From NCBI GenBank assembly GCA_036338595.1, contig JAYZBV010000113.1, positions 1-64,000 of the forward strand: a stretch of 64,000 bases of DNA, in the 5' to 3' direction. Both the position numbers and the translations under genes were made by a program. Within the stretch, counting starts at the first letter, position 1, and every line of letters starts with the position of its first letter. The DNA is from Planctomycetota bacterium. Lineage in GTDB: Bacteria > Planctomycetota > UBA8108 > UBA1146. Below are positions 48,908 to 58,063 of this stretch, piece after piece. Under the pieces are notes generated by a model. That model worked only from the letters and a program-made list of their open reading frames with translations, ran no database searches and was not told where the DNA came from.

Positions 48908-50227
48908 ATGGACCCCAATTTCTCCGCCATCCTCCTGGCCGCGGGACGAGGGTCGCGAATGAAGTCACAGCGCCCCAAAGTTCTCCATGAAATCCTTGGT
49001 GTCCCGATGATCGAGGTGGTCACGAGAAATGTGCGCGATTCCGGTGCCGTTGACCTGGTAGTGGTCCTTGGGCATGGAGCGGAAGAAGTTCGTGGATGCC
49101 TTGACGATGGCAAGGCTCGCATTGCGATTCAGGAGAAACAACTCGGCACCGCCGACGCATTGCTGGCCGCACTTCAACAGCAGCCTCCCGCTCATCCGCA
49201 GGTACTGGTCGTCAATGGGGATCTGCCTGATCTGGACCCGACTCTGCTGTCTTCATTTGTAAGTGACCATCGGAACAGTTCATCGGCGTTTTCAGTGGCG
49301 ACCGCAACAGTGGCGGATCCGGCTGGCATGGGTCGCATTGTTCGCGATCAGACGGGTGGGTTCATTTCCATCGTGGAAGAGGAGCAAGCCTCCGAGCTCG
49401 AACGCGCCATACACGAGGTCAATCTTGGTCTGTACGTACTCGACGCCGAGATGGTGACACCAGTGATCGCTGAGATGGTGACGGAGGATCTGTCCAGCGG
49501 GGATCCCCCCGGAGAGAGCTACCTGACCCACCTGGTCGAGGTGCTGGTCAAGAGATCCATGCCCGTAGCTGCGATCGGTGTCGGAGTTGACCAGCAGTTC
49601 CTCCAGGTCAATGATCGGGTAGGACTGGCTCGAGTTTCCAGAAATATTCAGGACCGGTTGCAGCAGCAGTTTCTGGCGCAGGGCGTGACGATTGTCGATC
49701 CGGCCACGACCTGGATCGAATTCGAGGTATCGATCGGCCAGGATACCGTGATCCATCCCCAGACGATCGTGCGGCGAAATGTCCGGGTCGGGGCGAATTG
49801 TGAGATCGGCCCCTTCGCACATCTCAGAAGCGGCACCGTGATCGGTGACGATGTGAAGGTGGGCGACTTCGTGGAGATCAACAGGAGCGAGCTTGCCGAT
49901 GGAGTTCGAGCCAAGCATCTCGCATACCTCGGCGATACAAAGGTCGAACGGGGAGCCAATATCGGAGCGGGAGCCGTTGTGGCAAATTACGACGGTGTCA
50001 AAAAATCTCCGACGACCATCGGCGAGGACGCATTCATCGGCAGTGGCTCGGTCATCGTGGCGCCGGGCAATATCGGTGCTGGTGCAGTGGTCGCCGCAGG
50101 AGCCGTGGTTCCTCCCGGTAGGGAGGTGCGCCCAGGGACGACTGTCCTCGGTGTTCCTGCACGAGAGAGAAATTCGCAACAGGACCAAACAGGTGATGTT
50201 CGTGAGGATGAAAGAGAGATCCGATGA
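48908..50227 (+). CDS. glmU: Bifunctional UDP-GlcNAc pyrophosphorylase / GlcN-1-P acetyltransferase
   Basis: ILLAAGRGSRMKS..PKVLH, QLGTADA, NGD.P, GRIVR, YLT, GPFAHLR, HLAYLGD, NYDG. Confidence 0.95.
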   Translation: MDPNFSAILLAAGRGSRMKSQRPKVLHEILGVPMIEVVTRNVRDSGAVDLVVVLGHGAEEVRGCLDDGKARIAIQEKQLGTADALLAALQQQPPAHPQVLVVNGDLPDLDPTLLSSFVSDHRNSSSAFSVATATVADPAGMGRIVRDQTGGFISIVEEEQASELERAIHEVNLGLYVLDAEMVTPVIAEMVTEDLSSGDPPGESYLTHLVEVLVKRSMPVAAIGVGVDQQFLQVNDRVGLARVSRNIQDRLQQQFLAQGVTIVDPATTWIEFEVSIGQDTVIHPQTIVRRNVRVGANCEIGPFAHLRSGTVIGDDVKVGDFVEINRSELADGVRAKHLAYLGDTKVERGANIGAGAVVANYDGVKKSPTTIGEDAFIGSGSVIVAPGNIGAGAVVAAGAVVPPGREVRPGTTVLGVPARERNSQQDQTGDVREDEREIR

Positions 50228-51177
50228 GCCAGGAACTATCAGACCGCATGGTGGTCATCAGTGGAAACTCGAACCGAGCCCTGGCGAACAAGATCTGTTC
50301 AGAACTGGGGCTCGAAAGTGGCCATGCCAAGGTCACCCGGTTTCCAGATGGTGAGATCTCCGTGACTCTTGAGGAAGATGTCCGAGGTAAGGATGTGTTC
50401 GTGGTTCAATCCACATGTCCTCCGGTCAATGAGAACCTGATGGAACTGTTGGTGATGATCGACTGTGTCAAACGATCGTCCGCTGCGCGAATCACGGCAG
50501 TGATCCCATACTTTGGCTATGCCCGTCAAGACAGGCGTGAGCAGGGCGCACGGGTTCCGATCACCGCCAAACTGGTCGCCAACTTGATCGTCGCTTCAGG
50601 AGCAGATCGTGTCGTGACGATGGATCTGCATTGTGAACAAATTCAGGGATTCTTTGATATCCCGGTAGATCATGTCTACGCCGGTTCGATCATCATCGAC
50701 CACTACGCTGAGAAGAAGATGACGGACCTTGTTGTGGTGAGTCCGGATGTCGGGGCCATCAAGATGGCTCGCGCCTATAGCCGAGGACTCGGAGCGAGAC
50801 TGGCTACCGTCGATAAGCGTCGAGTGAGCGGAGAAGAGACCGAGATCGGTTTCATCATCGGAGAAGTCGCAGGGCTTCACGCGATCCTCGCTGACGATGT
50901 CATCGCCACGGGTGGTTCGATCACCAAGGCCGCCGATCTGATCCTTCAAAAAGGTGCGAAATCGGTATTTCTCGCCTGTACACATCCGGTGCTGTGTGGG
51001 CCTGCCGTGGAGCGGCTCCAGGCCAGCCCTGCGAAGGAGTTTGCAGTTGTCGATACCATTCCCGTGGACGGAAAGATATTCGATGATAGGGTAACGCTAC
51101 TGTCGTGTGCCCCGGCCTTCGCCAATTCGATCCGGCAAATTCACAAGTCAGCTTCGATTGGTCGAAACATTTTATAA
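50224..51177 (+). CDS. prs: Ribose-phosphate pyrophosphokinase
   Basis: FPDGEI, PYFGYARQDR, DLH..QIQGFF, VSPDVG, DDVIATGGS. Confidence 0.98.
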   Translation: MSQELSDRMVVISGNSNRALANKICSELGLESGHAKVTRFPDGEISVTLEEDVRGKDVFVVQSTCPPVNENLMELLVMIDCVKRSSAARITAVIPYFGYARQDRREQGARVPITAKLVANLIVASGADRVVTMDLHCEQIQGFFDIPVDHVYAGSIIIDHYAEKKMTDLVVVSPDVGAIKMARAYSRGLGARLATVDKRRVSGEETEIGFIIGEVAGLHAILADDVIATGGSITKAADLILQKGAKSVFLACTHPVLCGPAVERLQASPAKEFAVVDTIPVDGKIFDDRVTLLSCAPAFANSIRQIHKSASIGRNIL

Positions 51178-51220
51178 GTGACACGTCCAGGTTGCCTGGA
51201 CGCTGAAAGGCGACGAGACG

Positions 51221-51778
51221 ATGGACAAGTTCGTGATGGAGGGCAAGGTCAGAGATTCCTCCGACAAGGGGAGCCGTTCTGCGAGGAGCCTGAGAGCATC
51301 TGGCCAGATGCCGGTCAATGTTTACGGATCAGGGCAGGCCAATTCGATGCTGGCTGTCGATTCGACGGCCTTTTACCAGGCACTGGAAAATAGCCACAGA
51401 TTGTTCCAGATCGATTGTGATGGCCACTCGGAACTGGGCCTGATCAAGGAAGTGCAATACGACACCTTCGGTGATCATACCATTCATGCGGATCTGGCCA
51501 GGGTGAAGATGGACGATGTGGTCGAGACCACGATCCATATCCAGACGATTGGTATCGCCAAGGGGACTAGCGCCGGGGGAACTCTTGATATCGCTTACCA
51601 CCATATGCCAGTTCGAGGAAAGTTGAGCGATCTGACCAACAAGATGGTGGTCAATATCGAGAATATTGCTGCGGATGAATCCATCCGAGTGCGCGATCTC
51701 GACTTACCCGACGGTGTCGAGTCGACACTTCCAGCGGAAACACCCATCATCATGGTTCATGGGCGCCGCGGAGGCTGA
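51221..51778 (+). CDS. rplY: 50S ribosomal protein L25/Ctc (TL5 type)
   Basis: RSLRASGQMPVNVYG, IKEVQYD, IHADL, C-terminal TL5 domain; between prs and pth. Confidence 0.93.
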   Translation: MDKFVMEGKVRDSSDKGSRSARSLRASGQMPVNVYGSGQANSMLAVDSTAFYQALENSHRLFQIDCDGHSELGLIKEVQYDTFGDHTIHADLARVKMDDVVETTIHIQTIGIAKGTSAGGTLDIAYHHMPVRGKLSDLTNKMVVNIENIAADESIRVRDLDLPDGVESTLPAETPIIMVHGRRGG

Positions 51779-51810
51779 TTCCTCCCGGCTTCTGGTGAGG
51801 AAGGGCGCCG

Positions 51811-52449
51811 ATGAGACGGACTGGACCAGATCGGTCGCAACCCCTTGCCGTCATCGGCCTTGGCAATCCTGGTGATGAGTACATCGGAAGCCGTCACAAT
51901 GTCGGTTTTGCGGTTGCTGATCTGGTCGCGGATCACCTCAGAAAACCGGAAGCAGGTCGCGCCACCGGAGCCCAATTGTGGTCCGGGTCGTGGAAGTGGC
52001 GCAAGGCTCATGTCCTCAAGCCGATGCGGTTCATGAATCTCAGTGGCGAACCGGTGCGTCTGTTTCTCGAGTCGATGTCGATGAGTCCGGAACAGTGCCT
52101 GGTCGTCATCGACGATCTGGATCTGGACAGCGGTTCGATCAGAATCCGTGCGGGAGGCTCTTCGGGCGGGCACAAGGGGCTAGAAGATATCATCTCGGCC
52201 CTGGGAACCACGAAGATACCCCGATGCCGCATCGGAATCGGCCATCCCGGCACCTCGAGGGAGGTCGTGGACCACGTGCTGGATCGCCCGGTAGGAGCGG
52301 AGGGGGCGCTATTTGAACGGTCCCTGAAAAGAGCGTCCGAATCTGCACTTTGCTGGCTGGTTGAGGGTGTCACGAATGCGGCTCGTCGCTACAATGGGCC
52401 GCTTCCTGAACAGGCAGGCGAGATCCCTGATGGGGTCGAGGACAGTTGA
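51811..52449 (+). CDS. pth: Peptidyl-tRNA hydrolase
   Basis: GLGNPG..Y..SRHNVGF, KPMRFMNLSG, DDLDL, GGHKGL, RIGIG. Confidence 0.97.
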   Translation: MRRTGPDRSQPLAVIGLGNPGDEYIGSRHNVGFAVADLVADHLRKPEAGRATGAQLWSGSWKWRKAHVLKPMRFMNLSGEPVRLFLESMSMSPEQCLVVIDDLDLDSGSIRIRAGGSSGGHKGLEDIISALGTTKIPRCRIGIGHPGTSREVVDHVLDRPVGAEGALFERSLKRASESALCWLVEGVTNAARRYNGPLPEQAGEIPDGVEDS

Positions 52450-52539
52450 ACGAGTAATCATAGGGTGCGGCACTCGCAGAGATTCCCTGGCGGTCACCGG
52501 GGGAGCGGGGCTGCGGATCCAGATCTTAAGGAGATCATC

Positions 52540-53304
52540 TTGACCGAACGACTTTACGAGGGACTCTTCCTCGTCGATGCAGCAGTTGCTGCGACAGATT
52601 GGGCCGACATCGAAAAGCAGATTTCTGGCTTGATTGAACAGCAGGGCGCAACCATCGAATATTCAGAAAGGTGGCCGGAGCAACGGCTTGCCTATCCGGT
52701 AAAGGGTATCAAGCGAGGTGTTTACTTCCTCGCCTACTTTACCTCCAACACCGACGCTATCGCTGCGATTCGCAGTGATGGCCAGCTCAACGAGAATGTC
52801 CTGAGGATGTTGATCGTCCAGGAGGAATTTCTCGGTGTGGAGATGGCCAAGCGCAAGGAAGCCGCTGCACGCGCAGCCGCCGTGCCAGTTGCTGAGCCGG
52901 AAACGCAACCTGAATCGAAACCTGAATCGAAATCTGAATCGGACTCTGAATCGAAATCTGAATCCGATTCTGAATCGGATTCTGGTTCCGAAGGAGAGGG
53001 TGTTGTCGAGGATGCGATGGCTGCCAGTGAAGGTGACTCGCTCGATGCATCCCCCCCGGAAGCAGATGCGGACAGCGACGGCGAGGTCGCAGTCGAAACA
53101 GAGGCAGTCGAAACAGAGGCAGTCGAAACCGAGGCAGTCGAAACCGAGGCCGTTGACGCTGCGGCAGTTGACGCTGCGGAGTCCGAGCCCGAGGTTTCCG
53201 AATCAGAGGTTCCGGAGGAGGTCGCGACAGCAGAAGGCGACGAGGAGACACCGGTTGGTGATTCCGTTGAAGAAGTCGCCAACACCGAGGAAGAAATCAA
53301 CTGA
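52540..53304 (+). CDS. rpsF: 30S ribosomal protein S6 with ~150-aa acidic C-terminal extension
   Basis: TTG start after AAGGAG; YEGLFL, W..RLAYPV, GVYFLAYF, VLRMLI; first gene of rpsF-ssb-rpsR-rplI. Confidence 0.9.
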   Translation: MTERLYEGLFLVDAAVAATDWADIEKQISGLIEQQGATIEYSERWPEQRLAYPVKGIKRGVYFLAYFTSNTDAIAAIRSDGQLNENVLRMLIVQEEFLGVEMAKRKEAAARAAAVPVAEPETQPESKPESKSESDSESKSESDSESDSGSEGEGVVEDAMAASEGDSLDASPPEADADSDGEVAVETEAVETEAVETEAVETEAVDAAAVDAAESEPEVSESEVPEEVATAEGDEETPVGDSVEEVANTEEEIN

Positions 53305-53320
53305 ACGAGAAGAGGTCGTC

Positions 53321-53782
53321 ATGGAGATCAACAGGGTATTTATCGCTGGCAATCTGACCCGGGATCCAGAGTTGAGAATGACTCCGGGTGGCACGGCGGT
53401 CTGTGACCTCGGACTCGCATCCAATCGACGGTACCGCAAACAAGGCGATGAACAGCTTCAGGAAGAGACCTGCTTCGTGACCGTCACCGTATGGGGTCGG
53501 CAGGCAGAAAATTGCAATCAATATCTATCCAAGGGGAAGCAGGTCGTGGTCGAAGGGCGACTCAAGTACGACCAGTGGACCGACAAGGATAGTGGCAAGA
53601 ATCGAAACAAGCTGACAGTGGTCGCGGATCGTGTCCACTTCATGCCACGCTCCAGCGAGGGTGGATCGCCACAGGGTGGATCCACGCAGGGCGGCTACTC
53701 CGCAACGGGCGAGCAAAGTTCTGGAGGACAAACCGAAGGTTTTCCACAGGGCCAACCTTTCAATGATGAGGTGCCCTTCTAG
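53321..53782 (+). CDS. ssb: Single-stranded DNA-binding protein
   Basis: INRVFIAGNLTRDPELR, WGRQAE, YLSKGKQV.VEGRL, acidic tip NDEVPF. Confidence 0.98.
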   Translation: MEINRVFIAGNLTRDPELRMTPGGTAVCDLGLASNRRYRKQGDEQLQEETCFVTVTVWGRQAENCNQYLSKGKQVVVEGRLKYDQWTDKDSGKNRNKLTVVADRVHFMPRSSEGGSPQGGSTQGGYSATGEQSSGGQTEGFPQGQPFNDEVPF

Positions 53783-53799
53783 GGCTGAAAGAGATAGCA

Positions 53800-54006
53800 A
53801 TGTTTGGACGCAGAGATAAGAAGTCCGTGGTCGCTGATATGGAATACATCGACTACAAGAATGTTGATTTACTTCACAAGGTCTTGACCGGCGGAGGGAA
53901 ACTGACCTCCCGGCGCCAGATCGGTTGTGATTCCCGGATGCAGCACCGCATCAAGCGTGCGGTGCACCAGGCCAGGTTCATGGCACTGCTACCCTACGGT
54001 CAGTGA
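53800..54006 (+). CDS. rpsR: 30S ribosomal protein S18
   Basis: IDYKNVDLL, GKL.SRR, QHRIKRAV.QARFMALLPY. Confidence 0.96.
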   Translation: MFGRRDKKSVVADMEYIDYKNVDLLHKVLTGGGKLTSRRQIGCDSRMQHRIKRAVHQARFMALLPYGQ

Positions 54007-54073
54007 ACACGTAATCAGTCGAAAATGAAGGAGTCGTCCAGTCGACAGACGGACGGCAAATGGAGACAAATCG

Positions 54074-54607
54074 ATGAAATTGTTTCTCAAGAAGACCGTC
54101 AGCGAGCTTGGCGAGATCGGTGACGTGATCGACGTCAAACCGGGATACGCTCGTAATTACCTGATACCCCAGGGCATCGGTGTCGAAGTGGGGCAGGCTA
54201 ACCTGCAATGGATTGATGCTCAAAAGCGTCGTCTTGAGCAGGAAGAGACGGAACGCAACATGGAGATGCGCTCACTCGCAGAGAAGATCGATGGAGCATC
54301 CTGCACGGTCATCGCCCGGGCCACCGAAGAGGGACATCTGTTCGGGTCAGTTACGGTGCAGACCATCTCCGATCAACTCGCTGCCGATGGTGTCGAGTTC
54401 GACCCGGACCTGATCGACCTCGAAAAGCCGATCAAGGAACTTGGTATTTATAACCTGACAGTACGAGTGCATCCGGAATTCGAAACTTCGATCAAGGTGT
54501 GGGTCGTCAAGGCAGATGAAGACGATATCGAAGATGATGCCCCAGCAGATGAGCAGGGGGAGGACGAAGATGATGGCGGTGGGTCCATTTCGTCCGATTC
54601 TGACTGA
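54074..54607 (+). CDS. rplI: 50S ribosomal protein L9 (short acidic tail)
   Basis: LGEIGDVIDVKPGYARNYLIPQG, GHLFGSVT, PIKELG. Confidence 0.98.
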   Translation: MKLFLKKTVSELGEIGDVIDVKPGYARNYLIPQGIGVEVGQANLQWIDAQKRRLEQEETERNMEMRSLAEKIDGASCTVIARATEEGHLFGSVTVQTISDQLAADGVEFDPDLIDLEKPIKELGIYNLTVRVHPEFETSIKVWVVKADEDDIEDDAPADEQGEDEDDGGGSISSDSD

Positions 54608-54757
54608 GACGGCATCGAGTACGACCATGTCACTGAATTATCCCCAAGCCTTGCTCACAACGCGAGTTTGGTCCTCCTCTTTCGCGCTGGGCTCGGCTCC
54701 GGTAGGGTCAAGCGCTCGGCCCTTCGAGGGCCAGCGCACTGCTTCTGACAACAGAGC

Positions 54758-56149
54758 ATGTCGTCTTCGTCGCCGATCAATCAGCGGGATGAAATCGAGT
54801 ATCAGATGAACAAAGAGACGCCTGCGCAGCCCAGTTTACCTCACAATGTGGAAGCCGAAGTCAGTCTTCTCGGTTCCCTGTTACTCGGAGGAGCGAAGAG
54901 CCACTCGGTACTGGAGATGGTCAAGGCCCAGGACTTCTACCTGTCCAGGCACAGGGTGATCTTTGATGAGTTGCTCTTGCTGTGGGCAGACGACGGTGTC
55001 ACTGACGCGCTGATCCTGATCGATCGCCTGCGCGCTTCCGGGAAGTTGGCAGCAGCGGGTGGCGAAGAATATCTGGTAGATCTCACGAGCCAGATCCGGA
55101 CCAGTTCCAATGCCATCGAGTATGCAAAGATCATTCGCCAGGAAGCACAGAGGCGTCGACTGATAGAAACCTGCCAGGATCTCGAATCGAGAGCTCGATC
55201 AGGAACAGGGCGAGTGCGTGACCTGATTGATGATGCGGGTGCTCAGATACTCACTCTTGCAGAGGATGATGCCAGCCAGGGAGTTCATGGAATCAAGGAA
55301 AGTATCGATCAGGCGATCACAAACATCGAGGAGTGGGAAAAGGGCGTTGTTGGCGTCATGACCGGATTCAGGGAACTCGATGAGATGACCAATGGCCTTC
55401 AACCAGCCGACCTCATCGTGGCGGCGGGTCGTCCCTCGATGGGGAAGACCACATTTGCCCTGAATATTGCGCTTCATGCTGCGCTTACCAACAATACTCC
55501 AGTGGCCATATTCAGCCTCGAGATGGCCTATGATCAACTGGCGCTGAACCTCTTGAGCATGTCCTCGGGGGTCAGTGCCACGAAACTCAGAAAAGCTTCT
55601 CTCGATGATGCGGACTGGAAGAAGATCATCGCCCGCTGCGAGACGCTCAGGGACGCCCCGATTTACATCGACGATGCCCCCGGCTTGAACGCGATGTCGA
55701 TCCGGGCTCGCGCCAGGCGACTGCACCACCAGAAAAAGCTGGGTTTGATCGTCGTCGATTATCTTCAGCTGCTGGATATGGGGGGCCGTTCGGAAAATCG
55801 CCAGCAGGAGATCTCTCAGATCTCCCGATCGCTCAAACAACTGGCAAGAGAACTCCAGGTCCCGATCTTGACCATCTCCCAGCTGTCCCGGGCAGTCGAA
55901 TCTCGTGAAGGAAACAGGCCCAGGATGTCTGACCTCCGAGAATCGGGAGCCATCGAGCAGGATGCTGATGTGGTGCTGTTGCTGTATCGTGAGGAGTACT
56001 ACAAACCAGATGACGAGGACGCCAAGGGCAAGGCCGAAATTATCGTTGCGAAACAGAGAAAAGGACGGACAGGTTCAGTGAAGCTTGCATTCATTGCCGA
56101 CCAGTTGAAGTTTGGTGATCTGGCCTACGACCCGTTCTCCATCACTTGA
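54758..56149 (+). CDS. dnaB: Replicative DNA helicase
   Basis: PHNVEAEVSLLG, AGRPSMGKT, FSLEM, VDYLQL, SQLSR, SDLRESGAIEQDAD, KQRKG; no intein. Confidence 0.98.
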   Translation: MSSSSPINQRDEIEYQMNKETPAQPSLPHNVEAEVSLLGSLLLGGAKSHSVLEMVKAQDFYLSRHRVIFDELLLLWADDGVTDALILIDRLRASGKLAAAGGEEYLVDLTSQIRTSSNAIEYAKIIRQEAQRRRLIETCQDLESRARSGTGRVRDLIDDAGAQILTLAEDDASQGVHGIKESIDQAITNIEEWEKGVVGVMTGFRELDEMTNGLQPADLIVAAGRPSMGKTTFALNIALHAALTNNTPVAIFSLEMAYDQLALNLLSMSSGVSATKLRKASLDDADWKKIIARCETLRDAPIYIDDAPGLNAMSIRARARRLHHQKKLGLIVVDYLQLLDMGGRSENRQQEISQISRSLKQLARELQVPILTISQLSRAVESREGNRPRMSDLRESGAIEQDADVVLLLYREEYYKPDDEDAKGKAEIIVAKQRKGRTGSVKLAFIADQLKFGDLAYDPFSIT

Positions 56150-56159
56150 AAGAAGCGAA

Positions 56160-56750
56160 ATGACAGATCATCAGCATCGATACCACATCGTTCCAAAGTT
56201 GTTCGGACTGGCTCTGTGCGGAGCAGTCCTGACTCTGGTGCTGCAGGCTTCTCTGTCGGCAGTCGGAGTTCAGCTGGAATCACACCGTGTTGGCGTTTGC
56301 GATGTCCAGGTAGTTCTCGATCAAATACCGCAGGGCAAGCAGATCACCGTCGAATTCAATCAACTGAAGGTGTCGATGGAGCAGGAGATTCGAGACCGCG
56401 AAACTACATTGAGGCAGATTCAGCAGGAGGCGGAGCAGTTGCTCCCGGGTACCGATGGTCGCCGAGAAGTGGAAAAGCGCTTTACCCTCGCCAAGGCTGA
56501 ACTGGCCTGGATGCAGGAGGATCTCGAGCGAGAGTTCACCACACGCTTCAAGGAACGGCGTGATGGCCTGATCAAACTGGTCAGAGCTGCCATCGAGGAA
56601 GTTGCCGGAGAAAGAGAACTGGACCTGGTCCTCAACAATGTCGCCAGGGCCAGTGATTTCAAGGTCTACGTGAGTGTCTGGGCAAAGCCAGAACTCGACA
56701 TCACGGTAGATGTCATCTCGAGGGTTTCTGCCAAGGATGGTGATAATTGA
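56160..56750 (+). CDS. skp: OmpH/Skp periplasmic chaperone
   Basis: Signal peptide; VGVCDVQVVL, long coiled coil, LDLVL, DITVDVI; upstream of the lpx genes. Confidence 0.85.
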   Translation: MTDHQHRYHIVPKLFGLALCGAVLTLVLQASLSAVGVQLESHRVGVCDVQVVLDQIPQGKQITVEFNQLKVSMEQEIRDRETTLRQIQQEAEQLLPGTDGRREVEKRFTLAKAELAWMQEDLEREFTTRFKERRDGLIKLVRAAIEEVAGERELDLVLNNVARASDFKVYVSVWAKPELDITVDVISRVSAKDGDN

Positions 56751-58051
56751 CTTCGGTGACCCAGCAAACTATCAGCGGGGAGACTGTGCTCAGCGGGTGT
56801 GGACTCCATCTCGGAGAGGAAGCGACGCTTCGGTTGCTTCCAGCCGACACCGATTCTGGAATCATCTTCATCCGGACCGATATCGATCCTGAACTGCAAA
56901 TTCCGGTAGGTCTCGACACGCTGAGAAAGCAGCCCCGACGCACCAGTTTTGGAGTAGGCAATGTCGAGGTTCATACCTGCGAGCATCTGCTTTCAGTGCT
57001 GCATGTGCTTGGAATAGAGAACTTGATCTGCGAGATCGATGGCCCCGAGATTCCAGGGATGGATGGCTCTGCCCTTCCCTTTCTCGAGGCGATCGGCGAG
57101 ACAGGCCTCGCCGATCAAGGAGCTCGCGGACGCACACTGGCTGTCACCAAACCGGTTGCAGCAGAGGAAGGGGATGCCAGTGTCGTGGCCTTGCCTTCCG
57201 AAAAACTACGAATCACCTACACACTTCAGTACAACGGAGATCCAGGATTCAGCCAGACGGTCGACCTGGAAATCGATGAGGATAGTTTTCGGGAACAGAT
57301 TGCGCCCGCCCGTACCTTTGTGCTCGAGAGTGAGGTCAAGGACCTTCAGGCAAGAGGACTCGGGAAGGGAGCCAATGAGAGCAATACACTTCTGATCGAT
57401 GAACGCGGGCTGGCCGCCAAATTCAGACTTCCCGACGAACCCGCCAGGCACAAGATCCTGGACCTGATCGGCGATGTCTATCTGTTACGGTGTGCTATCT
57501 CCGGACATATCATCGCTCACCGCAGTGGTCATGGCCTCAATGCAGATCTTGCATCGCGGATCGCCGAGGCTCATGTGAGGGAGAGAGAACTGGAAGATGT
57601 TCTGATCAAGGCGCCGCATGGCCTGGAGATCCGTGACATCCAGAAGTTGCTACCTCACCGCTATCCCTTCCTGCTCGTGGACAGGGTTCTCGAGGTGGAG
57701 CAGGGAGTCCGGGCCGTTGGTCTAAAAAATGTTTCCTTCAACGAGGAGTACTTCCAGGGCCATTTCCCGGGGCAGCCTGTGATGCCTGGAGTGCTTCAAC
57801 TGGAAGCTCTGGCGCAACTTTCCGGGGTTCTATTACTCAGGAGTAGTGCCGATTCCAATCGCATCGCCTATATTCTCGGGATCGACGATGTCAAATTTCG
57901 AAAGACGGTGGTTCCTGGCGACCAGTTGATCCTGGAGGCCGAACTGAAACGGTTTCGTGAGCGTACTGCTCAGGTCCAGGTCAAGGCGACCGTGGATGGA
58001 AAACCCGTTACTGAAGCGACCATCAGATTCATGATAGTGGATGCAGGCTGA
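56747..58051 (+). CDS. lpxC: Bifunctional LpxC-FabZ fusion
   Basis: QQTI..G.GLHLG, TCEHLLS, EIPGMDGSA, APARTF, RHKILDLIGD; then LPHRYPFLLVD, FQGHFPGQPVMPGVL.LEALAQ. Confidence 0.96.
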   Translation: MTSVTQQTISGETVLSGCGLHLGEEATLRLLPADTDSGIIFIRTDIDPELQIPVGLDTLRKQPRRTSFGVGNVEVHTCEHLLSVLHVLGIENLICEIDGPEIPGMDGSALPFLEAIGETGLADQGARGRTLAVTKPVAAEEGDASVVALPSEKLRITYTLQYNGDPGFSQTVDLEIDEDSFREQIAPARTFVLESEVKDLQARGLGKGANESNTLLIDERGLAAKFRLPDEPARHKILDLIGDVYLLRCAISGHIIAHRSGHGLNADLASRIAEAHVRERELEDVLIKAPHGLEIRDIQKLLPHRYPFLLVDRVLEVEQGVRAVGLKNVSFNEEYFQGHFPGQPVMPGVLQLEALAQLSGVLLLRSSADSNRIAYILGIDDVKFRKTVVPGDQLILEAELKRFRERTAQVQVKATVDGKPVTEATIRFMIVDAG

Positions 58052-58063
58052 GGAGATGAACCG

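Noticed and set aside
52835..53320. Arg/Gln-rich N-terminal extension of SSB (ORF 52835..53782)
   Set aside because: It is the off-frame reading of the S6 repeat tail; SSB starts at ATG 53321 with an RBS.
54758..56149. Intein in DnaB
   Set aside because: The protein is normal length (463 aa) and its helicase motifs are contiguous.
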